From a bacterium (GTDB lineage Bacteria > Patescibacteriota > Minisyncoccia > Ryanbacterales > GWA2-47-10b), in NCBI GenBank assembly GCA_027624915.1, contig JAQBTR010000003.1, forward strand, positions 5,627 to 69,626: 64,000 nucleotides of DNA. Direction: 5' to 3'. The notes under the pieces were generated by a model. It saw only the letters and a program-made list of their open reading frames with translations. It was not told the origin of the DNA and ran no database searches. This document shows positions 18,515 to 28,811 of the stretch, piece after piece. The position numbers were made by a program, and so were the translations under genes. Positions within the stretch are counted from its first letter, which is position 1; each line of letters starts with the position of its first letter.

Positions 18515-19000
18515 TTAGGCGATGTCTATTATTAGATATTCTACCTTACCCTTTGGAGTTGATACAAGGACAGTTTCATTTTTCTTTGAACCGAGAAATG
18601 CTTGACCAATAGGAGATTTATTTGAGATTTTACCACTCGATGGATTAGCCTCTTCTCTGCCAACGAGAGTAAATGTAACAATTCCGTCACCCTTTTTCTG
18701 GCACTCAACAACAGAACCAATTGTGACGGTATCTCCCTTTTTGTGTTTTACTACTTTGGCGCGCGCCAAAAGACCCTCAAGCTTAATAATCTCGGCTTCG
18801 TTAATCATCTGCTCTTCTTTTGCTTCTGAATATTCGGCGTTCTCAGACAAGTCGCCCAGGCTCTTTGCATACTCAAGACGTTCAGCAATTTCGAGTCGAC
18901 GGGTAGATTTAAAGACCTCAAGACGTTTTCCGAGCTCCTTATATCCCTCTGGGGAAAGAAAGTCCTGTCCCTCTTCTATTTGTGTATCGTTTGTATCCAT
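18515..19000 (-). CDS. greA: transcription elongation factor GreA
   Basis: GDLSENAEY, KISNKSPIG. Confidence 0.96.
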   Translation of the reverse strand: MDTNDTQIEEGQDFLSPEGYKELGKRLEVFKSTRRLEIAERLEYAKSLGDLSENAEYSEAKEEQMINEAEIIKLEGLLARAKVVKHKKGDTVTIGSVVECQKKGDGIVTFTLVGREEANPSSGKISNKSPIGQAFLGSKKNETVLVSTPKGKVEYLIIDIA

Positions 19001-19045
19001 ATAAGTCCTAATAAGGCTATATACTAAGGCTTTTTTGGTCAAATG

Positions 19046-20755
19046 TCAATCCACAAGTGCCTCTATCCCACCATGCTCTATAATCCATGTGAATAACTCC
19101 GAAGCGACGGATGTAGCCCCTACAAGGTTTTTTCGGGGGGCAGATTCCATGAAAATAACTATGCCTATTTCAGGGTCCTCAACTGGTGTAAATGACATAA
19201 ACCAAGAGTGGACCTTATCCTTTTGTCCAAATTCTGCGGTTCCCGTCTTGGCGGCAATATTGTACGGAACCCACGAAATACCACTGGCGGTTCCCTCTGA
19301 ACCAGCCGAGCCCTTCATACCATCAATAACAACTTTTAAGTTTTCTGGATTAAGAGCTACAGTTTCGGTAATTCTTTTCTCACCACCCTCTAAAAGATGT
19401 GGTGTTATGAGTTCGCCTCCTCTAGCAATTGCTGCCAAACCTCGTGCAATTTCGATTGGTGTCGTTACAATAAATCCCTGCCCAATGCTTGCATTATATG
19501 TATCTCCAAGACGCCATGTTGGGTTTTGAGGATAGTTGTTCTCCTTCCAATCTGGATCTGGCAAGAATCCACTAGCTTCTCCACCAAGATCTATATCTGT
19601 TGGAGAGTTAAGTCCAAAACGAGAAAGCCAATCTTTCATTCGACGTATACCAAGTCCCGCTATGTCCTCATGGCCACCACCAATCGTAAAGAAGTACACA
19701 TTAGATGAGACGGCGATTGCGCGACGCATGTCTACATACCCGTGCGCCTTCCAGTCTAGAAAAGTAGAAAAGAGCTCTGGATCGTATGGATTTGGAATCG
19801 TAATCTCACCAGAACTATAAATGTTTTGATTTGGATCGATAATATTTTCCTCGAGAGCCGCAAGCGCCAAGAATGGCTTTATGATAGAACCAGGAGCATA
19901 TGCACCGGAAACCGCTCTATTAAATAGAGGGGCATTTCTGTCAGTAAAAATACGTTCAGCATCTTCGCTCGTTAGCCCACGCGTAAAAAGATTTATATCG
20001 TAACTTGGGACACTCACAAGAGATAGTATAGAACCATCTTTAATGTTAAATACGATGCCAGCGCCACCACGAAATCCTCGCTCTCTCATCGTTGACTCAA
20101 TATAACCCCAAAGTGCTTCTTGCATGTTTGCATCCAACGTCGTCTTGATGTCTTCTCCCTCGAGTGCTTGGATAACAAGCCCCTTTGCAATAACATCCCC
20201 TTTTGCATCCTGTTCTTGGTCTACTCGTCCTGGGACACCACGCAATAATTTGTCGTATTGATACTCAAGTCCACTCTTGCCCGTTTCTTCTATACCAGGA
20301 ATATCAGCACCACGTGCTATATCTTCTTCGGAAATGTCCCCCGTAAATCCAACGACATGGCTATATGCGTATGCGTGGCGTACCTCACGTTGATACTCAA
20401 TATCACCGTTTTCGTTTGTGACAGCAGTATTAAAGACTATTGGAACCCTATTTCTGTCGTATATAATTCCTCGAGGAGGGTTAATATAATTACGTTCAAT
20501 AAAATTATTCTCTGCACGCTTGGTTAACTCCTCTCCACGAACAATTTGTAACCACATAGCGCGTCCAATCATAAAAACACCAAACAACAATAAAAGAATA
20601 GCAAAAGAGTAAAATGCACTCTTGGCTAGTGGTTTTTCAAGAATCCCCTCAAAACGCTCCTTGGAGTATCCTGGTATATTTGTAGAATCCAAAAATACCT
20701 CATCGGGCGTAAGTAAGGATGATTTTTTAAATAATCTTTTCTTCCACCACCGCAT
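19046..20755 (-). CDS. mrdA: penicillin-binding protein 2
   Basis: PGSIIK, SSN, KTGT; follows mreBCD. Confidence 0.92.
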   Translation of the reverse strand: MRWWKKRLFKKSSLLTPDEVFLDSTNIPGYSKERFEGILEKPLAKSAFYSFAILLLLFGVFMIGRAMWLQIVRGEELTKRAENNFIERNYINPPRGIIYDRNRVPIVFNTAVTNENGDIEYQREVRHAYAYSHVVGFTGDISEEDIARGADIPGIEETGKSGLEYQYDKLLRGVPGRVDQEQDAKGDVIAKGLVIQALEGEDIKTTLDANMQEALWGYIESTMRERGFRGGAGIVFNIKDGSILSLVSVPSYDINLFTRGLTSEDAERIFTDRNAPLFNRAVSGAYAPGSIIKPFLALAALEENIIDPNQNIYSSGEITIPNPYDPELFSTFLDWKAHGYVDMRRAIAVSSNVYFFTIGGGHEDIAGLGIRRMKDWLSRFGLNSPTDIDLGGEASGFLPDPDWKENNYPQNPTWRLGDTYNASIGQGFIVTTPIEIARGLAAIARGGELITPHLLEGGEKRITETVALNPENLKVVIDGMKGSAGSEGTASGISWVPYNIAAKTGTAEFGQKDKVHSWFMSFTPVEDPEIGIVIFMESAPRKNLVGATSVASELFTWIIEHGGIEALVD

Positions 20756-21158
20756 ATCTCAAATAATAAAAAGAGTTTTTAAATAAAACAAATGTTACAA
20801 GTACTCCCATAGCAAGTACTATTTCTCGCAAGAGAAATGAGCTAAATCGCAAAAGTGTTGAAAAATCAAAAATACTAAAGACTGTAAGGTAAGTCACAAA
20901 GAATAAAACCGAATGCATACCAAGCCCCACTCCAAATGCGATAAACCAACCGACCCAAGAAGAATGATCAATCCTAAATAATAAAATACGAGCACCTAGA
21001 AGTGACGCAACAAATGACAACGAGAGAACACCGAACGAGAACTGACTAAAAAACTCTGTCACCAAGATCCCACCCACAATAGAACCTGCTAATACCGAAT
21101 TACGTCGGGAGGCAATGCCTAGGAGAAGAAGGGTGACTGTTATAAAGTCTATGGTCAT
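20727..21158 (-). CDS. MreD-like membrane protein
   Basis: Multi-TM ORF between mreC and mrdA (synteny only). Confidence 0.6.
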   Translation of the reverse strand: MTIDFITVTLLLLGIASRRNSVLAGSIVGGILVTEFFSQFSFGVLSLSFVASLLGARILLFRIDHSSWVGWFIAFGVGLGMHSVLFFVTYLTVFSIFDFSTLLRFSSFLLREIVLAMGVLVTFVLFKNSFYYLRYAVVEEKII

Positions 21159-21168
21159 ATATAGTCAT

Positions 21169-21768
21169 CTAGAGCCCTACATGAGTGAGCGTGGTCACAT
21201 TTATGGGGTGAGTAATAATAAGTGTAATAAAGGGATTAGAGGCAACATCTTCTACGCGTGCCACAGAACCAATAGACAGTTGTCGCTCTTCGTCATAATA
21301 AATTGTATCACCACGTATAATGTCACTTCCTCTAGGTACGCGAGTCTCCAAGATGCCAGCGCCACGACCTTCAAGTCTAGCTGGTATACCAGAACGCTCA
21401 AAGACTCCATCAACCCCATATGATGGACTTGATACAATCTGCATACGACTTGATGAATTACCCTCGAATATAATAAATCCAATAAGAATATCTCCCTCTA
21501 CAATAGGAGTGCCCACCGGTATTGCCCTATTTAGAATCAAAATATCTCTAAATTCATCAGAACGTTTTGCAACTACTCTAATACTGTCATTATTTTGTAT
21601 TTCGGGCAGGTGTGATGTTAGTGAATCTGTACCAATGAGTAGTGATGCTGCCCCATCAAGCAAAAAACGCTCAAGCGGTGCAAGGACACGTGTCGTTACA
21701 ATAAGGGCTGAAAACAATAAAAAAACCCCTAATAAAATATATTTTGTGTTAATTGAGTGTCTCCTCAT
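21169..21768 (-). CDS. mreC: rod shape-determining protein MreC
   Basis: N-terminal TM, beta-rich body (LEGRG, GD.I, IG.V), downstream of mreB. Confidence 0.8.
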   Translation of the reverse strand: MRRHSINTKYILLGVFLLFSALIVTTRVLAPLERFLLDGAASLLIGTDSLTSHLPEIQNNDSIRVVAKRSDEFRDILILNRAIPVGTPIVEGDILIGFIIFEGNSSSRMQIVSSPSYGVDGVFERSGIPARLEGRGAGILETRVPRGSDIIRGDTIYYDEERQLSIGSVARVEDVASNPFITLIITHPINVTTLTHVGL

Positions 21769-22798
21769 GTTCTGATTCGACAAGAACCTCACGAAGGCGA
21801 TCAAGATCTTCTGCAATGATACCAGCACCACGCACAACAGCTGTAAGTGGATCTTCGGCCACCCTAACCGGAATTCGAGTTTCTCGTTCTATTAATACAT
21901 CAATACCTCGAAGTAGTGACCCTCCACCTATAAGAACGATACCGCGATGAATAATGTCAGCGACGAGTTCTGGTGGAGTCATTTCAATGGTCTCACGAAT
22001 AGCTTTTATAAATGTAGAAATTGAAGCGCGCATGGCTTCTCTAATATCAGCATCTGTTACCAACACTTCACGTGGAAGACCCGTTACCAAGTCTCTTCCT
22101 CGCATCGTTGCCTCCAGTGGTTCTTCTTGCTGGAGTACCGAACCAATAGCGATTTTGAGGTCTTCGGCAGTTCGCTCACCAAGTAAAAGCTTAAACTCAT
22201 CTCGCGCATATTGGATTATATCATTGTTAAGTCGATCACCTGCTACGTGTAGGTTCTTGGAAGCGACTATACCTCCAAGAGACACTACAGCGATGTCTGA
22301 TGTTCCACCACCAATATCTACAATCATGTTGCCCATTGGATCCTGCACCTCGAGTCGTACACCGATGGCTCCAGCCATTGGCTCTTCTACCAAGTAAGCC
22401 TCTGAAGCGCCAGCAGACAATGCTGCATCACGAACGGCACGTCGCTCTACTTCGGTGATGCCAGATGGTATGCCGATAACAATACGTGGTCGCACCCAAA
22501 GACTTCCACTCTCACCCAAGGCGCGTTTTATAAAATATCGGAGCATCTCCTCTGTAATTTCGAAGTCTGAAATAACACCGTCCACAAGCGGCCTAATTGC
22601 CACAATGTGACTTGGCGTTCGACCAACCATTCGTTTTGCCTCTGTACCTACCGCAACTACAGTTCCTGTTTTTTGGTTAAGCGCAATAACCGACGGTTCG
22701 TCGACTACAATGCCTCGTCCACTTACGTACACGAGAGTATTCGCGGTACCGAGGTCTATCCCGATATCGCTTTTTCTGAACTGGAACAGTCCTTTCAT
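21749..22798 (-). CDS. mreB: rod shape-determining protein MreB (copy 1)
   Basis: GIDLGTANT, EEPMAGAIG, VDIGGGTSD, GGGSLL. Confidence 0.97.
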   Translation of the reverse strand: MKGLFQFRKSDIGIDLGTANTLVYVSGRGIVVDEPSVIALNQKTGTVVAVGTEAKRMVGRTPSHIVAIRPLVDGVISDFEITEEMLRYFIKRALGESGSLWVRPRIVIGIPSGITEVERRAVRDAALSAGASEAYLVEEPMAGAIGVRLEVQDPMGNMIVDIGGGTSDIAVVSLGGIVASKNLHVAGDRLNNDIIQYARDEFKLLLGERTAEDLKIAIGSVLQQEEPLEATMRGRDLVTGLPREVLVTDADIREAMRASISTFIKAIRETIEMTPPELVADIIHRGIVLIGGGSLLRGIDVLIERETRIPVRVAEDPLTAVVRGAGIIAEDLDRLREVLVESEHEETLN

Positions 22799-22828
22799 AT
22801 ATGATATGAGTTTTGTATTTTGTTAATT

Positions 22829-22959
22829 TAATTTTCCGCCCAAGAATTTCAGAATTTTGAGCGAGACGCAGTCAAAAATTTTGAAGGAATATCACAGATA
22901 TTTCGAAAGATTTTTGGCAAGTCGCAGCCTAAATTCGGAAATTATGGGACGGAAAATTA
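22829..22959. repeat. 131-bp long imperfect inverted repeat (hairpin element)
   Basis: TAATTTTCCG...CGGAAAATTA ends with nested pairing (CCCA/TGGG, AATTTC/GAAATT, GTCAAAAAT/ATTTTTGGC, AATAT/ATATT). Confidence 0.8.
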
Positions 22960-22961
22960 CT

Positions 22962-24203
22962 TTAATAAAGTACTAGTTTCAAAAATTCTTTTTGTGTAAT
23001 GAGGTTAGCATCTTTCTCTGTACGATGCTTAACCTCTATTTTGTCATCCGCCAACGTTTTGTCGCTTATGACAACTCTCCATGGAATACCAATTAAGTCG
23101 GCATCTCCAAACTTTTGACCGGCACTGAGATCTTCTCGATCATCGAGCAATACCTCAAGACCTTTCTCTACAAGCTCGTCGTAAAGTTTTTGGGCTTCAC
23201 CATTTGATTTTTCTGACAATGGTATTATGTGTACTCGGAACGGCGCTACTTCATCTGGCCACATAATTCCTTTGTCATCTGACTGTACTTCTGCAACGGC
23301 TCCCATCAAGCGAGACAATCCAATGCCATAGCATCCCATAATTACAGGACGAGGCTTGCCCTCCTTGTCTTTGTAGGTGAGCTGAAAGGCATCGGAATAC
23401 TTAGATTTGAGCGGAAATATGTTTCCTACTTCAATTGCCCTTGTCGCTTCAGTTGGAAGTTTCTCCTTACATTTGGGACAAGTACCCTCCAAATCCCCCA
23501 TAACCTCCTTATTTACAGCGATATTACACGCCTTGCAGATATAGATATCATCTTCTCCTGCATCCGTTATTGTCTGGTACTCATGCGAATATTTTGAAAA
23601 TGTGCCACCTGAGGCAAATGTCATAAGAGTACTTTTGCCAAGACCAACACGTTCGAATACTTTAGTGTATGCTTCTTTTGCCTTTTCATAATATACTTCG
23701 AAATCTTTTTCGTCAGCATGAAAAGAATATAAATCCTTCATTAAAAACTCGCGTCCTCGAAAAATACCGGACTTTGGACGAAGTTCGTTTCTAAACTTGG
23801 TTTGGATTTGATACACAGAAACTGGCAAGTCACGATATGACTCGACATATTTTTTTACGAGTGGGACAACAACTTCTTCGTGACTTTGACCGAGCACCAT
23901 ATTTTGTCCGGTATTGGTCTCAAGATGAAAAAGAACGTCTATGTCTTCACGTCCAGTTGTTTTATAGTTTTCGATTGGATGAAGAGCTGGCATGCGAACT
24001 TCTTGGCCGCCAATAGCGTTCATTTCTTCTCGTATTATCCTTTCGATATTTGAGAGTACGCGAAGTCCAAGTGGCAAAAAGGAATATACTCCTGCCATCA
24101 ACTTGTCAACATAGCCTCCTCGAACCAAAAACTGAGCATTTCTGGCTTGCTCATCTTTTGGAGCTTCTCGAAGGGTTTTGGTGAACAAACTAGACTGCAA
24201 CAT
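22962..24203 (-). CDS. proS: proline--tRNA ligase (short form, no editing domain)
   Basis: QTKFRNELRP, GREFLMKD, IEVGNIF, GCYGIG, anticodon-binding domain. Confidence 0.96.
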   Translation of the reverse strand: MLQSSLFTKTLREAPKDEQARNAQFLVRGGYVDKLMAGVYSFLPLGLRVLSNIERIIREEMNAIGGQEVRMPALHPIENYKTTGREDIDVLFHLETNTGQNMVLGQSHEEVVVPLVKKYVESYRDLPVSVYQIQTKFRNELRPKSGIFRGREFLMKDLYSFHADEKDFEVYYEKAKEAYTKVFERVGLGKSTLMTFASGGTFSKYSHEYQTITDAGEDDIYICKACNIAVNKEVMGDLEGTCPKCKEKLPTEATRAIEVGNIFPLKSKYSDAFQLTYKDKEGKPRPVIMGCYGIGLSRLMGAVAEVQSDDKGIMWPDEVAPFRVHIIPLSEKSNGEAQKLYDELVEKGLEVLLDDREDLSAGQKFGDADLIGIPWRVVISDKTLADDKIEVKHRTEKDANLITQKEFLKLVLY

Positions 24204-24244
24204 GCCAACATACTAGCATTCTAGGGTGTATTTGAAAATGGGTA

Positions 24245-25291
24245 TTATGAAACCAAAAGTAGGATATCTTTGTATGTAATCCAGAGTAAAAGCACAATCA
24301 AGAGAACAAAGAAAACTGAGTGGATGACGCCTGCGGTCTTGCCTGATATTTTGCGCCCACTCACCTTTTCAATAACAAAGAATAGAAGCCGTCCTCCGTC
24401 AAGTGCTGGAATTGGCAATATATTGATTATTGCGAGATTGAGAGACAGGAAGGCAATGAGTGTCAAAAAATGGATGATGCTCACTGAAAAGATCTCCTGC
24501 GCGACAACGGCAATACCGACTGGTCCTATAACATCTCCAGGAGAGCTACCGGTTGTCAGCAGTTTACCAAAGAAAAAGACAATACCCTCTACAAGATTAC
24601 TAAGCTCTGTTAGAGTACGCTTGAGTCCGGTCCATGGAGCTTTATACCATGCGACTCGCTCAAAACCTTTTTGTGCAATACCAATACGAACACCAAGTGA
24701 GCCTTCTCCCTCTGGAGAGTTAACTCGTGGGACGGCAGCAAACTCATAGAGCTCCCCCTCACGCTCAATCAAAAATGTTGCTTTCATACCTTTTTTAGAA
24801 TCTATGAAAGACATTACATCTTCGAGCCCAGGGTTGGTAATGCCGTCATTAAAGCCAATAATGAAGTCTCCATTTTCAATTCCAGAGGTCTCGGCCGGAG
24901 AGTTTGGTGCAATCTCACTCACTTCTACAGCAAACTGTGGTGTACCAAACCATGCCAAAAAAGTAAATATTAAATACCCGACAATAACGTTTGCGATTAC
25001 ACCTGCGGCAACCACAAGCGAACGCCTCCAAAATGACTGCGCTGAAAATGACCTAGGGTTATCTTCGTCACCATCCTCACCAAAAAGCCTTACAAAGCCA
25101 CCAAACGGCAGCCAATTGATGGAATACAGTGTCTCCCCCATCTGCTTGCCCCAGGCTTTTGGTGGTATACCAATACCAAATTCATCTACACGAATCCCAA
25201 ACCACTTGGCTACCAAAAAATGTCCCAATTCGTGGGATACGACTAAAAACAATATGATGACTAAAAATATTAGAATTGTCTCAAAAATCAT
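24245..25291 (-). CDS. rseP: site-2 protease RseP (M50, PDZ)
   Basis: HELGH, PDZ domain, NILPIPALDGG. Confidence 0.93.
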   Translation of the reverse strand: MIFETILIFLVIILFLVVSHELGHFLVAKWFGIRVDEFGIGIPPKAWGKQMGETLYSINWLPFGGFVRLFGEDGDEDNPRSFSAQSFWRRSLVVAAGVIANVIVGYLIFTFLAWFGTPQFAVEVSEIAPNSPAETSGIENGDFIIGFNDGITNPGLEDVMSFIDSKKGMKATFLIEREGELYEFAAVPRVNSPEGEGSLGVRIGIAQKGFERVAWYKAPWTGLKRTLTELSNLVEGIVFFFGKLLTTGSSPGDVIGPVGIAVVAQEIFSVSIIHFLTLIAFLSLNLAIINILPIPALDGGRLLFFVIEKVSGRKISGKTAGVIHSVFFVLLIVLLLWITYKDILLLVS

Positions 25292-25842
25292 GAAGTTTCA
25301 ATCTCTTTTGCCTTGTGCTCCTCTATGCCTGCAATCTTTTTATTGCACTCGTTTATTATCTTTTGTACCGCGTCTTTTTCTCTAGATTTTACGTCTTCGC
25401 TTATCTCCTTACTCTTTTCGGCATCCTCAATAGATTTAACAACCTTATCACGAATACGACGCACAGCAATTCGAGACTCTTCTACTTTTTTGCCAAGAAC
25501 CTTAATTGTCTCGCGTCGTCTCTCTTCGGAAAGCTGAGGCATGGTCAGCCGAATAAACTTTTCGTCTACTGACATGCCCATGCCAAGTTTAGAAAGCTCA
25601 ATGGCTGTCTGTAGAGGGCCAAGCATTGTTGGGTCCCAAGGTTGCACGACGATTGTGCGTGCATCTGGTGTCGCAAGAGATGCCACCTCCTTTATTGGAA
25701 GCTTAGAGCCATATGCATCAACCTGTATATTTTCAACGAGTGCCGGCGTCGCACGTGACGAATGAAGTACCGAAATCTCTTGATTCAAGTGATCAAGAAT
25801 AGGTTCTAGGTCTTTTTTTGTATTATTTTGAAAGTCCGACAT
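25288..25842 (-). CDS. frr: ribosome recycling factor
   Basis: RATPALVE, VQPWD, PQLSEERR. Confidence 0.96.
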   Translation of the reverse strand: MSDFQNNTKKDLEPILDHLNQEISVLHSSRATPALVENIQVDAYGSKLPIKEVASLATPDARTIVVQPWDPTMLGPLQTAIELSKLGMGMSVDEKFIRLTMPQLSEERRRETIKVLGKKVEESRIAVRRIRDKVVKSIEDAEKSKEISEDVKSREKDAVQKIINECNKKIAGIEEHKAKEIETS

Positions 25843-26911
25843 AAATGATATCTGGATTGGTTGGGTTTAATTCTATAAATGATACTGACTCCTGCAGTGG
25901 CAGACGGATCTCCTCCCATGTCACGCCACCTGTACTTGTTTTCCATATACGTTTTTCGGCAGCCATCCAAAAGATATTTCCTGACCTTGGATGAATACCA
26001 ATTGCTGTAATTGGGATTGTACCAGGAGTAATAGGAGTTTTAAAGGCCTCCCACGTCTTTCCGTTGTCATATGTCTCTATTAATCCATAGTCGGTTGCTG
26101 CCAACAATGATCCACGAGATGAATGATGCTTTATTACATTAACACTTTTGATACGTGTGCGGTCTATTGTTATTGGTAATCGCTTCGTCCACTCTCGTCC
26201 GCCGTTAGTAGTAGAATAAAACGCCCCCTTATTCCCAACAGCCCATAAAACACCCGTTTGTTCTTTGTGAGCCTCCAAAAGAGCTATACCCTCACCTGTT
26301 CTAGAAATAACCGCCCATGATTCGCCACTATTAGTACTTTCAAAAACACTACCATCTCCAGTGGTCATTGTTATGTGGGATGCATCGTTTAAATCAACTA
26401 TCACACCAAAAATACCAAGCTTTGGTTGAGACATTGTGAATACTTCTAGTATTCCGTTCTCTGTTATTTCGAGAAGTCGTCCAAAATTGTCTTGGAACAA
26501 GGCTACATACAACTTAGTGCCACTAGCATTTTGTGCGATGGCTGTAATATCTGAATTATTTTTTAGTACATCTTTTGAATCATTAACACGCAAAAGTTCC
26601 TGACTACCTGACTCTCTCACCCATAAACCATCATTATCAGTCCCAACATAGATTTGGTCTGTGTTGTTTGTACGAAATACAAAGATTCTAGGCTTTAAAT
26701 CCTGTGAACGCGGTACATCATGCCATGTAACACCCTTGTTATTCGAGACAATAATACTCGCCTCTCCAGAAAGATCGTGCTCGACCTCCTCAACCGTATC
26801 TTCTTTTTTGTCGTCTCCAGAAGAAGAAACCCGCCATACAACCAACGTTATAGTAGTAATAATTATTACTAAGGCAAAAAAGACTAGGAGTGTTTTTGTA
26901 AAATTATTCAT
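25823..26911 (-). CDS. membrane-anchored BNR/Asp-box beta-propeller protein
   Basis: N-terminal TM; repeated S/T.[DN].G.[ST]W boxes. Confidence 0.8.
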   Translation of the reverse strand: MNNFTKTLLVFFALVIIITTITLVVWRVSSSGDDKKEDTVEEVEHDLSGEASIIVSNNKGVTWHDVPRSQDLKPRIFVFRTNNTDQIYVGTDNDGLWVRESGSQELLRVNDSKDVLKNNSDITAIAQNASGTKLYVALFQDNFGRLLEITENGILEVFTMSQPKLGIFGVIVDLNDASHITMTTGDGSVFESTNSGESWAVISRTGEGIALLEAHKEQTGVLWAVGNKGAFYSTTNGGREWTKRLPITIDRTRIKSVNVIKHHSSRGSLLAATDYGLIETYDNGKTWEAFKTPITPGTIPITAIGIHPRSGNIFWMAAEKRIWKTSTGGVTWEEIRLPLQESVSFIELNPTNPDIIYVGLSK

Positions 26912-27468
26912 GATGTAGATATATATAAATCAATCAAGTATTTTGGTGATACACGGGCCGTGTAAGACAAATTCATAAGCCGTATGCATTTGTGTAATTT
27001 GTGTAGTATGTTCTTTTGTACTTTACCGTCTTGTGCGGATTTTTCTAAATCCAATTTTAACTTCTCTATTGTATCAGTAAAAAACGAAACGACCTCATCT
27101 ACGCCCTCGAGCGACTGCTCTCCATAAAATGGAATCTTTATAACACGCGAAAGAATTGTGTCTGGAAATTCGGCAGAGTCAGAACATAAAAAGAAATGAG
27201 TTCCTTGTGGAGGTTCTTCAAGCAACTTTAAAAAAGCCTCATGTGCCTCGGGGGTCATTTGATCAGCACGCCACACAACAAATGCTTGAGCACCAGAGCC
27301 GCCAACATCGAGGGAGGCCTGACGTTTTATCTCTCGAACATCATCTATGCCAAGAGGCTTTTCTTCTCCAAGAATCTTGATTAAGTTTGTATCGAGTTCT
27401 TTTAGTACACCCTCAAGATACACACGCTTACGCGCAGTATCGGTACCGAAGAGTAAAGATGAGCTCAT
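26908..27468 (-). CDS. holB: short DNA polymerase III delta'-like protein
   Basis: GIDDVREIK, ADQMTPEAHEAFLKLLEEPP, TILSR. Confidence 0.75.
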   Translation of the reverse strand: MSSSLLFGTDTARKRVYLEGVLKELDTNLIKILGEEKPLGIDDVREIKRQASLDVGGSGAQAFVVWRADQMTPEAHEAFLKLLEEPPQGTHFFLCSDSAEFPDTILSRVIKIPFYGEQSLEGVDEVVSFFTDTIEKLKLDLEKSAQDGKVQKNILHKLHKCIRLMNLSYTARVSPKYLIDLYISTS

Positions 27469-27688
27469 ATGACCTATTCCCAAATATTAATCTGCGCCTT
27501 TTTCAAAAAATTACGGCTACGGCTCGATTCGTCCCCACTCCCAAATACACCGTATTTAATCGGTCTCCTCACCATCGCCTCGTGACTTCGCTTCCCTGCG
27601 AGTGGAGCGAACAGATGGAAGCGAGAAATACTCTTTGTGGTGCTCAAAATTTTATAAAACATACTTTGAAGATTATTCGACAACAGGC

Positions 27689-28702
27689 CTACCGTTTTGT
27701 AGCAATGCTTCTTTTATATGTATCAAGATGTTCGAGTGCCTTACCTGTACCTCGTGCAACACAGAGATGTGCGTCTTCGGCTACATGTGCTGGTACACCA
27801 GTTGAACGGTATACAAGCTCATCAATATTGCGAAGGAGTGAACCTCCACCGGTCATAGTAATGCCATTGGTGCTGATGTCTGCTGCCAATTCTGGCGGCG
27901 TATCTTGTAACACAATCTTAATAGCTTTAATTATACCACCAAGTGGCTCCTTTATGGCCTCTACCACTTCATTTGTTTTAATCTCGGCGGTTCGTGGTAA
28001 ACCAGTCAAATAGTCCCTACCTTTAACCTCAAAGGACATTTCCTCCTTTAGAGACACCGCTGAACCAATACCAATTTTGATATCTTCGGCTGTTCTATCT
28101 CCGATTGCTAGATTGAGCCTTTCTTTTATATAGTCTACGATTGCTTGGTTTATCTTATCACCTGCAACCTTTTCAGAAGTAGAAGCGACAATTCCACCCA
28201 ATGCGATAACTGCCGCATCGGTTGTACCACCACCAATATCTACAACCATATGACCTCGAGCCTCATGGATAGGAATACCAGCACCGATTGCTGCCAAAAT
28301 TGGTTCTTTTACAACATATGCTGAGCGAGCCCCCGCTTTGAGTGCGGCCTCAATGACTGCACGCTTTTGTGTTGAGTTAACACCTGCTGGCGCACTTATC
28401 ATTACTTCTGGCTTTAGAATTCTGGGACCAGGCAATGCCTTATTTATAAAATATCGAAGCATGGCCTCTGTAACACGATAATCAGCAATTACGCCGTCGC
28501 GCAGTGGACGATATGCAATAATACTATCTGGTGTCCGCCCAATCATCTCTTTTGCTTCGTCCCCCACAGCTAAAACCTCTTTATTAATAACGGAAACTGC
28601 AACTACAGAAGGCTCGTTTAAAATGACCCCACGCTTAGGGACAAAAACAAGGGTATTTGCGGTACCAAGATCAATACCAATTTTTTTCGAAAACCAGCTC
28701 AT
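27689..28702 (-). CDS. mreB: rod shape-determining protein MreB (copy 2)
   Basis: GIDLGTANT, KEPILAAIG, VDIGGGTTD, GGGSLL. Confidence 0.96.
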   Translation of the reverse strand: MSWFSKKIGIDLGTANTLVFVPKRGVILNEPSVVAVSVINKEVLAVGDEAKEMIGRTPDSIIAYRPLRDGVIADYRVTEAMLRYFINKALPGPRILKPEVMISAPAGVNSTQKRAVIEAALKAGARSAYVVKEPILAAIGAGIPIHEARGHMVVDIGGGTTDAAVIALGGIVASTSEKVAGDKINQAIVDYIKERLNLAIGDRTAEDIKIGIGSAVSLKEEMSFEVKGRDYLTGLPRTAEIKTNEVVEAIKEPLGGIIKAIKIVLQDTPPELAADISTNGITMTGGGSLLRNIDELVYRSTGVPAHVAEDAHLCVARGTGKALEHLDTYKRSIATKR

Positions 28703-28811
28703 TACGATATTAGATTACGATTTTTAAGTACTCGGGTCAAACCCCCTAACTAATTGACACATAGCACTTCGTGCTATGCTTGGCATCCTTGCATCAATTA
28801 GTTAGGGGGGG

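Noticed and set aside
28703-28811. Plus-strand promoter TTGACA..TATGCT antisense to murA
   Set aside because: The spacer is only 15 bp and the site coincides with a hairpin (CATAGCAC-TTC-GTGCTATG) more simply read as a murA terminator.
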